64,000 nt of DNA, from contig NW_027117342.1 of assembly GCF_038025025.1 (NCBI RefSeq), forward strand, positions 1,984,001-2,048,000, given 5' to 3'. Shown here piece after piece: positions 14,014 through 24,820 of this stretch. Every line of letters starts with the position of its first letter. The first letter of the stretch is position 1. The notes under the pieces are model-generated. The model saw nothing but the letters and a program-made list of their open reading frames with translations. It did no database searches and was not told the DNA's origin. A program made the translations under genes and the position numbers. Source of the DNA: Phyllosticta citribraziliensis (taxonomy: Eukaryota).

Positions 14014-15246
14014 ATGCCCGTGATGCGCATTCCCTACACCGATCCGCTTCCAGCTCCTCGCATACTTCCACCTAGCGCATCGACAGCAAGTGGCACCATT
14101 GCTGCCCTTACAAACTTCCTTATCACGCCCTCCCAAACTTCGCGGCCAACACCATCGCCACCTCACTTCCCCGCTGCCACAAACAACTATGCAAGATCGA
14201 CGCGTGCCTCCAGCCGTCCACGCACCCTCCTTCTCACTGGCGCTGGCATCAGCGTTGCCTCGGGCCTGGCCGACTATCGCGGCTCCAATGGCACATACAC
14301 GCTGAACAAGACGTACCGACCTATCTACTTTTCCGAGTTCGTCGCCTCACATGCATCGCGGCAACGATATTGGGCACGCTCGTTCCTTGGTTGGGAAAAC
14401 CTGCGGCGCGCCCGGCCAAACACATCGCACCGCGCAGTTGCAGATCTGGGGCAAGCTGGCGCGCTACAGGCCGTCATCACGCAGAATGTGGATTCGTTTC
14501 ACAAGATTTTGAATGATCCAATATCACTGCCGACGTTGGAGCTGCACGGCTATCTCCGCGCGACTGTGTGCTTGACCTGTCGCCAGGAGTACGATCGCCA
14601 GGCTTTCCAGGAGCGGCTGTGCGAGTTGAACCCCGCATGGCACGATTTCTTAAACGAGTGCCTGCGAAGCGGTGCGCTGGACACAGAGAATCCGATCGAG
14701 CGGAGACAACGCGGCCTCAGGACCAATCCGGACGGCGATGTCGACCTACCTGGCGTCGATTACGCTAGCTTTAACTATCCAGCCTGCCCACGCTGCCTGG
14801 GGAAAGATGCACGAGTCGACGTGGATCAGGACGGTGCCGTCTTATCGACCAACAAAGCCGGCGTGCTGAAACCTGCCGTCGTCATGTTTGGGGAATCAAT
14901 ACCTCCCGAGGTCAAGACGCGAGCGGAGGAGTTTGTCGACTCTGCAGACAAGATGTTGGTCATTGGGAGCAGTCTTGCCACGTACAGTGCGTGGAGATTG
15001 GTCAAGAAAGCCCATGACCAGAAAAAGCCAGTGGGAATTCTGAACATGGGAGGCGTCAGAGGAGAAGAAGGCTTCTTCGAGGGCATTTCTGGCGACAACG
15101 ATGGCACCATAGCATTCAGAAGCCAGGAGGCAAGCGAACTCATCCTGCCTGAAGTTGTTGAGAGGATAGGGAAGATCTGGGGCGTGAGTACCACCAAAGG
15201 CACAGACGATCCTTTGGGCGAGGCGAATGCTAGCGCGAGCTTGTGA
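14014..15246 (+). CDS. Sir2-family NAD-dependent deacylase, class II (SIRT4-like)
   Basis: TGAGISVASGLADYRG, RQRYWARSFLGW, ITQNVD, ELHG, CxxC...CxxC Zn site, NPDGDVDL, LKPAVVMFGE, GSSL. Confidence 0.92.
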   Translation: MPVMRIPYTDPLPAPRILPPSASTASGTIAALTNFLITPSQTSRPTPSPPHFPAATNNYARSTRASSRPRTLLLTGAGISVASGLADYRGSNGTYTLNKTYRPIYFSEFVASHASRQRYWARSFLGWENLRRARPNTSHRAVADLGQAGALQAVITQNVDSFHKILNDPISLPTLELHGYLRATVCLTCRQEYDRQAFQERLCELNPAWHDFLNECLRSGALDTENPIERRQRGLRTNPDGDVDLPGVDYASFNYPACPRCLGKDARVDVDQDGAVLSTNKAGVLKPAVVMFGESIPPEVKTRAEEFVDSADKMLVIGSSLATYSAWRLVKKAHDQKKPVGILNMGGVRGEEGFFEGISGDNDGTIAFRSQEASELILPEVVERIGKIWGVSTTKGTDDPLGEANASASL

Positions 15247-15670
15247 GGAGCTTCCTCCTCGTGTTTGGAACACACGACAAAATAAACCGCCTTATCAAGG
15301 GCGTTAAGGAAACTCCCTTGGGAAGACTGTGAGCAGCGGATATCCAAACCATGGTTGGATGACGTCCCTTCAGACCCCTGAACGTTTTTGCGTTCTTGTG
15401 GATGATGAGCTAAAACAACATCCTATAAGGAAGTTGTGTTTGCGGTGCTTCGAACAGATTCCGGCTCAATGTTCCAGACCTGGTTCAGACTTTTCGTCTC
15501 GCATCTCCATCGTCCATTATTCCCTGCACATCGTTTCGACGAAGCCTTTTCGTTACGAAACATTCAAATATTGATCCTCGCTTGCAAACAGGCAATCATC
15601 TGGTTTGACGATGAACGCGCTCTCAAAGTCGGAGATTAGCCCGCCCAACAACAACCTCGATAACGTCTAG

Positions 15671-17293
15671 ATCAGAAGCGATGCAGTCCACCCTGACAGC
15701 TGGGTACTGCACAAAACCGATGGGTTCCACATTTGCAACATCAAGTCACTTTTTACCCGTCTGGACTTGAAGGATCCAATTCACGTACAAAACAAGCATG
15801 GCTTTGTCGGAGTACAGGCCCTGGGAATCGGCCAAGTTCCCGTAACTATCTGGACAGACAACGGAGCGCCATCAAGGCTGACTTTGCACGACGTGTACTT
15901 TGCTCCGAGATCGAGCGTTTCTTCTATCTCCTTCATTCGCTGCATCAAGACCGATGGGTTTTGCGACTGGACGGAAATAACGACGGGGGTTCGGATGAAT
16001 CGGGAAATGGCCTATCTGCTGTTTATTTTGACAACATCTCCGCAAGAGTGGTCACGATGCGGCTTCCTGGCGACGTCGACGGCAACCCATTCTTCGGAAT
16101 CCATCCTCCCAACTACTCTGATAGGGATCCCTTCGCCTCCAGATTTCCCATCGTAAGACAACCGGGAACGGAGGCTTTGGAAGACATTTAGAAGGCCACG
16201 GCGCCAATCCGAAAATTGATGGAGCTGAAACGGGCTGGGCAGCACGACAACAAGGAGGCAAAGCTTCTCCACAAGCGATCCATTACTGGCGTCACAGTTG
16301 GCGACATTGTTCGAATGCTGGACTGGGAGTTTCCTTACCGGATGTACCCGCAAAAGAAGGTCTATTCGACACACCCGGATCGACGTCCCTGGGCCTCGCA
16401 TCTCTACGTCAAGCTGACCCCCTATGTCAAGTCGACCCCCAGGCGGGTTTCCAGGAACAACGGACAAGATACTGGCCCTGAACACACACTCCCTACAAAT
16501 CTATCATCGGCCGGAGACACTGCCGCATCGTAGCGTGATCGATAAACCATTCAAGATTTTCAAGCCACAATGCCAATATCGGTCCAAAGAACCTCTTGTT
16601 AGAGCGAATTCAACGTAACATCCAAACCTTGGTGCCATCTCATTGCTGCAACGAACCACTCCGTAACATCATTCTCGCGTATCATTTTAGGCGGGAAACC
16701 GCGTTGCAGGGGACGCTCAACAGATCAACCAAGCCCCTGACGAAGGAACCGTGGCTCCGGAGCGCGGTCAACTCGGACTCCAAAACTCTCTGGGGCCTCA
16801 AAACGAGAGAAAAGAAGACACGATATTATCGTTTGTCAAGATCTCCCCAACCCTTGTGCTGCACGAAGCACTCGGCAAAGCAGCAAAACGCTGGAAAGGG
16901 GAGAATCTCCCAGCCACGGGGCATGCCCGAAGCCGACCAAGCACGTCAAGGTTGACGACGAGAAGGATCTATTCAGCAACTCAGCAAATTTCTCGACGCA
17001 GAATCCGCGCATACATACGGAAGAACTCAGTTTGGTCCAACCCCTGACTCCTCCGCGCCTTTCCCTCCGCGTCCATCGTTAGCTGCTCGATCCCCAACAC
17101 AACCATTCTCTTGAGACTCCTTCGGTACCGCGAAGGACATCAAATCTTATACACGATATCTGACCATGGGCCAAGCGAAAAAGTCGCCGGAAGCATCTTA
17201 GAATCGGCAAAGCGGATCGTCAACGGAGAAAGGATTGAGGCTGCCAGAGCTGCAAAATCTCCCCTGTCTCATTTCGAATGCGACAGGAAGTAA
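15671..17293 (+). pseudogene. Disrupted paralog of the 17872-21573 gene, with one copia protease-like domain
   Basis: Frame from 15671 reads DSWVLHKTDGFHICNIKSLF...ALGIGQVPVTI...LHDVYFAP. Similarity continues in another frame (DGNPFF...EDI*KATAPIRKLMEL...TVGDIVRMLD) across an in-frame TAG at 16189-16191. The 3' boundary is tentative. Confidence 0.55.
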
Positions 17294-17871
17294 AAGTCCC
17301 CCAGAGAAACCAAAGGTGCTCCTGTGTCCTGGCCGCGTTAGCGTTTCTGGTTTCAATGGCTTAGGCACAGTCGTTGGGAGCTTTTTTGAATTTTCGTGCT
17401 GAGAACAGAGGCTTAGAAAGGATTTGGCTTGTTTGGACTGCTGTTGCAGACGCCGCGCCGCGATCATCCGTTTTGCATGAAGATAATTGCAACTCTACTA
17501 AATGAGTTAGCTTCAACTTCACCTCATAAATTTTCGTCCTCACGACACTTGAGATGTTGACCGAGCAGAATTTAGGCTTTTCTCACAGTTTGTGGTGATG
17601 GTGAATTCAGTGACCCCGACAAGATCGCACCTGCTGAAATGGGTGGAACGGATACAAGGGCGGCGTCGGCCGGGTGACAACTACTTTTTTCAGTCAGGTC
17701 ATGGCTCGTTCCCAAGAGATCATTTATCAACACGTTCACATTTCGAGACCTCATTAATGGAACTATAAAAAGACTCGAACATTCACTCACGCTTCAACTC
17801 GCTCATTACTTGTTATTCAATTTTTGAGACAAGTTGTCCTATTTGTATCACAATCATTTGCCGTAGCCAAC

Positions 17872-20800
17872 ATGTCTCTCAATGGCACCCCCGGAGACCC
17901 ATCCACCAACGATTCTGCCGGACAGCCTCTCGTCAGACCAGAGTACCCATCCACCGAGGAGCGAGAGCGTCGTTTCGCTCGGTTCCTGAAGATGCCGCGC
18001 AATCGCAATGCTTGGATCGTCGTCAATACGGGTACGTTCCACATTTGCAACAATCGCAACGCCTTCGCGACCTACGAATCGACCAAGCCATTCGTCCTCA
18101 ACACTGTTGGCGATGGTGACCACGCGGAGGATCTCGGCCTCAATAACACGTACACCGCTTGTGGCATTGGACAGGTATGGCTGAGGTATAAGACCTTGGA
18201 CGGAAGGACCGAAGAACATTTTTTGCAGGACGTACTACACATACCCGACGCCTTTGCCAACGTCGTCAGTCTCCCTCGACTGTTCCAAGGGGAATCGGCT
18301 TACAAACTGGACGCAAAACGGGGAATGGCCTTCTCCTTCGTCGACGATCGCGACCTCGCTTGGTTTCCACCCGACTTCCAAGGCTTGTTCTGTCTGGCTC
18401 TGGATGGCGAGACTCCATACTTTCCGGGGCCATCTTCGCTACACCGTAGGGCTCCGGTCAGGTCCCTCTCAGTGCACTCAGACGGGATTCCTCTTCCTGA
18501 TGTCATCAACAGGTTTGACAGGCTGTACCTCGTCATCAATCTCATTAAGGACTTGGACCCTCGTGAAGAGCAGTCTCGAAATATTCACCTCAGTCAAAAG
18601 ACCGAATTTACCGTCGCCAAGATCCTCGATCTTCTCGACATGCAAAGAAAACGGACGAGTGACGAGTCGCAGGCTGCAGCCCTGCTGTGCCCAAAAGAGC
18701 GGTGCTTTTACCGTGGCGCCTTCGTCTTCAAACTACATGGTGACTTCGCCGTCTGTAACGATCGCGATCTCTTTCACAATTTTACGTCCATTCCTCCTCA
18801 ACCAACGACAAATGATAGCGCAGAAGTCACGGGCATTGGTGATTTGTATCTCGATGTTCTCTTCAGCGATGGCAGCACCGGAAAGCTCTTCATCGCCGGC
18901 GTTTTGTACTCGCCCAAGAACCCCATCAATCTAATCACGTACAACTGCCTCTTCGATCCCGCAATGGTATGCGAAGGTGGCTCCTTTGATCCAACAACTG
19001 GCATTGTGACAGACAAGAACGGCGGCGAGGTCGCGTGGTTCACCACGTGCCACTTGGATGGCACGCTCTGTCTGAGGCAACCTGATGTCCGATCTCAAGA
19101 AAGAAAACACGCGGCGCCGCGTGTACCGCCAGGGCTGACCCCTCCTGAAAATCCAACGTCCAACAAGGCCACAACACTCGTGAATGAAAAAGAGATAAGC
19201 TCGGCACAAGAGAGGGCTCGTGCTGTATCAAGCGGCGAGAATAACAAAGTGACCTTTCACACTCCAAATGGATCCGTTGGTCAGATTGGAGCTCCTCGAA
19301 AAGAGCGCACTGCTCTCAGCGGAACTGGACGACATTCAACAGGTCCTCCCCCTGTCTCGGGTGCTGGAACACATGGAAAGAAGATGTCGTGTCAGGCCGA
19401 GGTTCCAGAGAACAGTAAACCTGCCGAACAGATCGACCAGGCGGCTTTTGTTTTCAGAAACAATGCTGGCGAATACCGTCCTGCGGCGGAAATTATCGGC
19501 AGAGAATACACCAACGATGAAGCTGTACGTCGGAAGGCGATGAGGCCGGATCTCAAAGTCGAATCGCAGCCTTCCACGTTGCGTGGAGGAGTCTCTCGGA
19601 CGTGCCCTCGGGCAGAGGTGCCAGGAAAAGATGGAGATGCCCGACAGATTGAACAAAAGGCTTCTCCGTCGAAGGGCACAGTTGGTCAGGCATCTCCAGC
19701 AGCAGAGGTTACAGGCAAAGAAAACACCCACCCTGGAGCATCATTCATAGAGGCCACCACGAAGGGTCAAACACATATTCCACCACCTTGCCGATCACAG
19801 ACTGCAGCAAGTTCTCAGACACCTCCAAATGACACCGAATTTGTCGACAAGGCGAATGACGCGCTAAGCGCGCTGGTAGCTGATCTGGCGAAGAAACAGC
19901 CAGTCCTGGTCGGTGATTTACTAGCAAACCTGCGCCTCCCACCCTTCCTTACGCGTACCGACCCGTTCTTCCCCCTCATCAATGACGCCATCAGGGACTT
20001 TCTCAACCTGACCCACTGCTTCACCGCCGTCGCCTTCGCTGGCAAGCTGACAGCGACGCAAAGACATTCTTACAACTGCGCCATCTCCAAGATACTCTTG
20101 CTCTCTGAACATGGTCCCGCTGGTTTGGCAGAAATGGTGATTTATGGCACCGACATGCCATTGACACCACCGTCACTTGACATGTCACCAACACCAACAT
20201 CGTCGGCTTCCCCTCAGACTCCTCGGACCCCTCCGCCCACCCGTGAGGAGATGAAGTTTCACGACTCGCCCCAGGCACTCGTTGAGCGCATCCTCCTGCA
20301 CGGTCGTGCGGCAACGAAGGCCATTGCTGAAGCCGGATTGAATGGCGACGCTCGTGCGTGGCATCTCGCCACTATTGTTGGGGGACTTGCCGGTCCCAAA
20401 GTGGGGTCTCGCATCACTCGTCATTACCGGACGGCCGAGAAGAGGCATTTCGGCGATATGATTACGGCAAAGCTGAAGCGTCATGATGAAAATGGCGCCA
20501 ATGGTGTGGTTGCTGGTGTGTCGTCTGGCGCGATCGATCCGACGGCTGCTGCTACTGGTGCGGTTCTTGAGGACAATCATGAGAAGGAAGACTTGTCCTT
20601 GAAAATCAAGGATGCGATTGAAGATGTGGCGCATCAAAAGCGCGGGTATGCCATGGAGATGGGTTGGGATGGTACTGGCACGGGGGATCGAAAGACAGCG
20701 CTGGATCATGCAGCCAAGAAAGAAGAGGCTGTTGCAAATGGGAAGACTGTCACCGAGAGAGTTGCTCCCAGGGGAAAGCCTACTCAAGACGACACTCGCA

Positions 20801-21573
20801 GGGAAGAATCCGCTCAAGAGAGGCCGACCGCCAAAGACATCTTGCAAGCAGCTAAGCAGCCTTTCATCGCCGGCCTGCTCAAGCTCAATGAGCAGAACCT
20901 CGCGCTCAGGGAGAAGCGTGCTGCCCAGAAGGACGCCACCAAGGCAGAGCCTGCGAAATACAAGGAGCAGGACGCCATGGCTGCCATGTGCAAGGCCGGC
21001 CGACAAAGCCTCAACCCCCGGTTGCAATGCAATGCTCTGAGGCAGGAGAACGAGCGCTTGCGTGACTCGGGATGCAATGACTTAGCGCAAACGGAGGAGG
21101 AGAAACAAGAGGAAATCTCGGAGCAGAAACACGACACCCTTGCCACCATGATGAAGCTCATGCGAAAGCAGAACCTGACTCGCGAGGAGCAGAAGACTTT
21201 CATGGGCGATGGAAAGGTGCGCGTGCTTCTCGGCTTGGCAGCGCGCTGTCAGCAAGAGGCTCTGGAGACTTTGGGGGCAGATGCGGACGATGGGAAGAGA
21301 GAAACTGAGAAAGAGAAGGGGGATGAAGCGGAAACGGGGCAGGCTGTCGAAAAGGGGGACACCGCTGAGGAACAAACCGCGAAAGACGAGACTCCCAATC
21401 CCAATGGCATGACAGCCACGGAGCAGGTCCCCATCATCGCCAAGCCTAGGCTCAGGTTGCAGATTCCCACTGCCGGGGAGGAGGGGGCTGCTACGAGAAA
21501 GGAAAACAGGTGCTCGCTCGAATCGTTGCTTCAGAAGCGGAATGAGGAGAAGGAGAAGGGAGAAAGCAGCTGA
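17872..21573 (+). CDS. 1233-aa intronless hypothetical protein: two N-terminal Ty1/copia protease-like beta-barrel domains, low-complexity middle and charged helical C-terminus
   Basis: Uninterrupted ORF. Domain 1 ~18013-18282 (WIVVNTGTFHICNNRNAFATY...GDG...ACGIGQVWL...LQDVLHIPDAFANVVSL); domain 2 ~18715-18951 (FAVCNDRDLFHNF...VTGIGDLYL...IAGVLYSPKNPINLIT). Confidence 0.75.
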   Translation: MSLNGTPGDPSTNDSAGQPLVRPEYPSTEERERRFARFLKMPRNRNAWIVVNTGTFHICNNRNAFATYESTKPFVLNTVGDGDHAEDLGLNNTYTACGIGQVWLRYKTLDGRTEEHFLQDVLHIPDAFANVVSLPRLFQGESAYKLDAKRGMAFSFVDDRDLAWFPPDFQGLFCLALDGETPYFPGPSSLHRRAPVRSLSVHSDGIPLPDVINRFDRLYLVINLIKDLDPREEQSRNIHLSQKTEFTVAKILDLLDMQRKRTSDESQAAALLCPKERCFYRGAFVFKLHGDFAVCNDRDLFHNFTSIPPQPTTNDSAEVTGIGDLYLDVLFSDGSTGKLFIAGVLYSPKNPINLITYNCLFDPAMVCEGGSFDPTTGIVTDKNGGEVAWFTTCHLDGTLCLRQPDVRSQERKHAAPRVPPGLTPPENPTSNKATTLVNEKEISSAQERARAVSSGENNKVTFHTPNGSVGQIGAPRKERTALSGTGRHSTGPPPVSGAGTHGKKMSCQAEVPENSKPAEQIDQAAFVFRNNAGEYRPAAEIIGREYTNDEAVRRKAMRPDLKVESQPSTLRGGVSRTCPRAEVPGKDGDARQIEQKASPSKGTVGQASPAAEVTGKENTHPGASFIEATTKGQTHIPPPCRSQTAASSQTPPNDTEFVDKANDALSALVADLAKKQPVLVGDLLANLRLPPFLTRTDPFFPLINDAIRDFLNLTHCFTAVAFAGKLTATQRHSYNCAISKILLLSEHGPAGLAEMVIYGTDMPLTPPSLDMSPTPTSSASPQTPRTPPPTREEMKFHDSPQALVERILLHGRAATKAIAEAGLNGDARAWHLATIVGGLAGPKVGSRITRHYRTAEKRHFGDMITAKLKRHDENGANGVVAGVSSGAIDPTAAATGAVLEDNHEKEDLSLKIKDAIEDVAHQKRGYAMEMGWDGTGTGDRKTALDHAAKKEEAVANGKTVTERVAPRGKPTQDDTRREESAQERPTAKDILQAAKQPFIAGLLKLNEQNLALREKRAAQKDATKAEPAKYKEQDAMAAMCKAGRQSLNPRLQCNALRQENERLRDSGCNDLAQTEEEKQEEISEQKHDTLATMMKLMRKQNLTREEQKTFMGDGKVRVLLGLAARCQQEALETLGADADDGKRETEKEKGDEAETGQAVEKGDTAEEQTAKDETPNPNGMTATEQVPIIAKPRLRLQIPTAGEEGAATRKENRCSLESLLQKRNEEKEKGESS

Positions 21574-23269
21574 GACGCAGTTGACTGGGCTTCTATCCTT
21601 CTTTGCTGCGCTGGAAACTTCTTTGCATGCTGCACGCTTTGGATCCTTTGGAAGGGGTGAGGAATGTTTTCCCTTGATTGCAACAGTATGGTTGTAAATT
21701 GTCTTGTGTCCTGAGTGACGTTGGTTTTGGTGTTTAGCTACATGGTTTTGCAAATCGTACTGTCCTTTTCATTTTGCTGGAGCTTGTTTGTGCTGTGATC
21801 CCGAAGAGAGAAGGTGACTTGGTCGACTTTGCGTGGCATTTGTTGTGGATTGGATTGTTCTGGTCGAAGGCCATCGACGCGACTTTCCCTCTCCAGAGAG
21901 TGGCAGTAGCAGAAAAGCGATCCGTAAAAAGCAATTGTGCAATAATAGACGACTGCTTCTGGGAGAGCCTGCCTGATTGAAAATAGATGCCTTTTGCTGT
22001 CGAATTTCATCTCTCGTTCTCCGCTCACTCGCACTGATTTTTCGTCCGTTGATTGATTGCACCGTGTAGAAAGTCGCGACACGAAAGACGATCACGACCT
22101 GCCCGCATCCAGCGAGCAGACCGAGCTTTCAATGCTGTTGATACCCAGGACGCATGGTCATAAGGCGCATATTCCATTGCAGTGAGTTGAACACGTGCGA
22201 AAAGTGTTGGATATTGACGGCTACAAGGAGAACAGAAACGAGCGAAAGCCAGTGCGACGCAACGCAATGCAACGGAACAACGGGCCCAGCGGAACGGAAC
22301 GCAACGCGTTGCGCAGGTCTACGTTTGATGTTAGCTAGGAGCTCCGGTGTTGCCCCAAGCAGACACCTGCAGCACGTTTGTGTAGCCACCGCGTCTTCTG
22401 CGGCTGCAGCTCCGGGAGAGGGCTCGTTCGACTTGGAACTGGAAATGACGGTGCCCATCATCGCGTTTTTTTTGGTCCATCTGAAGTAATAAGCAACAGA
22501 GATCTCGCTTTCGATGTTCACATCTCCTTTCTCGACCTACCACACATGCTGGGCCAACTCCAAGCAGCCGAGCTGAGAGGCTTCAGGGGGACTTTTCACA
22601 ACGCTCCAACGCTCCACGCACACGCGCACCGGGTCCCCGAGTTTCCCTTATAGATCAACTGAACAAAGTTGAGCTCAGCAATTCAGAAGAAGACAACATG
22701 TATGGTCAGCCTGTTGCCACCGCCGGTCGCTGGATCCAGAGGACAAGTAGCTTGTCATGAGCCACGTTTTGGGATGCTCCGTGGACCGGCTTCAGTAAAC
22801 AGAGTCGTGCATATGTGGGTTGCTGGAGTCGCAGCACTTCTTTGACCAAAACATGTCAAAGACGTTTTGTGTGAGCACGGCAAAAAGCTGGAGGTTTGCG
22901 AGGCGATACTGGTGAGCCAGTTTGGACAATAGTGGATTCGCGTTGAGTGGTGCAGTAGCAGAGTCGTGCATCCTTCTCGACAAGTTGCCTGACTGCTGTT
23001 AGCGAGATGGGAAGGTGTTGTATTTGGCCTGGTCTTTGGGATGGTTTCCAGATGTCAAACACTGAGTGTCTCTTCTGTACTCCTGGTATTGTCGACTCCC
23101 TGGGTATTTCGTCTGGTCTTCATACCGCTGCTACTATCCACCTCATCCAAGCAGAGCGGCCAATGTAAAGCACTTTCACACTGACACGTCCGCAGCTCAC
23201 CCAGACAGAGCAACTCATCCTGCACGTCACCCCAAAATATACAACTCTCTTGAACCATCCCTGCCTTCG

Positions 23270-23949
23270 CTACCACACCTCCTCCGGGGACACTCTGATC
23301 TCCTCGCCCCCTTCCCTGACATGCTGCCTCTTTGCATCGCGACTACACGGCTTGCGCATATCAAAGGCATCCTCATCATCATTGTAATACTGCACCACCC
23401 TCCGATAAACGGAGTACCCCATGCCCTTGTACAGCTCCTGTGCGACGGCATTCTCGGCACGCACGAACAGGTCGACGAACCACGCGTTTTCGGCGTCGCA
23501 GGCCTGTTCCAGCAGCTGCGTAAGCCGCGTCGCATGCCCTTGCCGCCGCGCGCCGGGGCAGATTGTGAGGCACGTTATGTGGCCGTGCCAGGGCAGGTAG
23601 TTGGGGTTGGGGTTCGTCGTCGGCGAGTAGGGTTGCACGGGCGCTGGGTACGGCGAGGATTCGGTTTTGCCCATTACTGCAGGTGCAAATGTCAGCGCTG
23701 GATGATGCACGCGAAGAAGAGTGCGGCGGAAGCGCTGCCCTGAGGAGCAGGCGAGGGTGAAACAAGCGCGCGAGACGTACTGTATCCCTCAATCTTGCCA
23801 TGTGGTCCTTCGATCACCTTGCACAGGTGCGGCCATTTGGTCAGGTATTCGAGGTAGAAGCTGACATTGTATGTCTCGGTGAGCGGGTCCAGGTTGCACT
23901 CGTTGAACCGGAGCAGGTCCATGGGCGTCATTGGCCGTATGCTTGCCAT
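23270..23949 (-). CDS. NAT3: N-terminal acetyltransferase B catalytic subunit (Naa20); exons 23949-23781, 23676-23270
   Basis: NLDPLTETY, YLTKWP, GYIMGK (spliced), PWHGHITCLT, AWFVDLFVR, LYKGMGYSVYRRVVQYY, EDAFDMRK. Intron 23677-23780, GTACGT..GCTGAC..CAG. Confidence 0.95.
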
Positions 23950-24820
23950 GGTGGGCTGGGTTGAGAGAGGCGGCCAGGTAGTAATAAGGTAAGTGGGAAA
24001 TTTTTGACGATGTAGTCGTGTGGTGACGATGGTGGGCGGCGGGGTGGTGGGCTGCGGAGCTTGCGCCGGAGGTTTATGAGCACGGATCCTTGCCGGTGTG
24101 TGGGGCAGGTCTAAAACAATCAACCATCACAAGCAATCGCTCAATGGATGGGTTGAACCAATGAGAGATTCCAGATCACGAGTGAGGCATGTTCAAGCTT
24201 TATTTGACGTCGATTTATGAGAAGTGAAGCAGAAATTCTTGTTAACTTTTGGCATCAAAAATTGTCCACCACTCCTAGTCACAATCTATATTACAACCTT
24301 GCGCAAATGATCATTAATATAAAGCAAAGACATAATGATAGAGAGAAAGGCGGGGTATCGCGCTTGTCCGTCAAATGCAACAACTGCAACAACTGCAACG
24401 CCGCTCAACACGTACTTTCACCGCTTGCCAGCTCCGCTCCTTCAAGCCCCATAAGAAACACCACTCAAAAATGACAGAAAGCAGCAGCAAGGCTCAATTA
24501 GATTGATCAAAGGAGGGAATCCCGCTTTATCAACTTCTTGCGGACCCGTCTCAGCGCGGGAGCAGCAACATCCTCGGGAATGGCGCCCGGGGGGCTGTCA
24601 GGAGGCACATCGCCCTCGATTGTCTCCGGCTCCTCGTAGATGCTGAAAAGCTCACGGCGCGACAGGCGTGAAGAACAACTCGACGACGCAGTATCGGCAG
24701 CAAAGTCCGAAAAGCCATCAAAAACATCATCATCATCATCATCATCGAGCAAAGAAGACTCAAGAAGCGACGATGATGGAGGGAGAAGAAGCAGCCCTGC
24801 AAAGGACACAAACACACGAG

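Noticed and set aside
16189..16191. A-to-I editing or readthrough rescue of the in-frame TAG
   Set aside because: The copy also has a frame change, so simple pseudogenisation is the more economical explanation; there is no RNA evidence
15300..22000. Intact Ty1/copia retrotransposon
   Set aside because: No LTRs, gag zinc knuckle, integrase, RT or RNase H motifs seen
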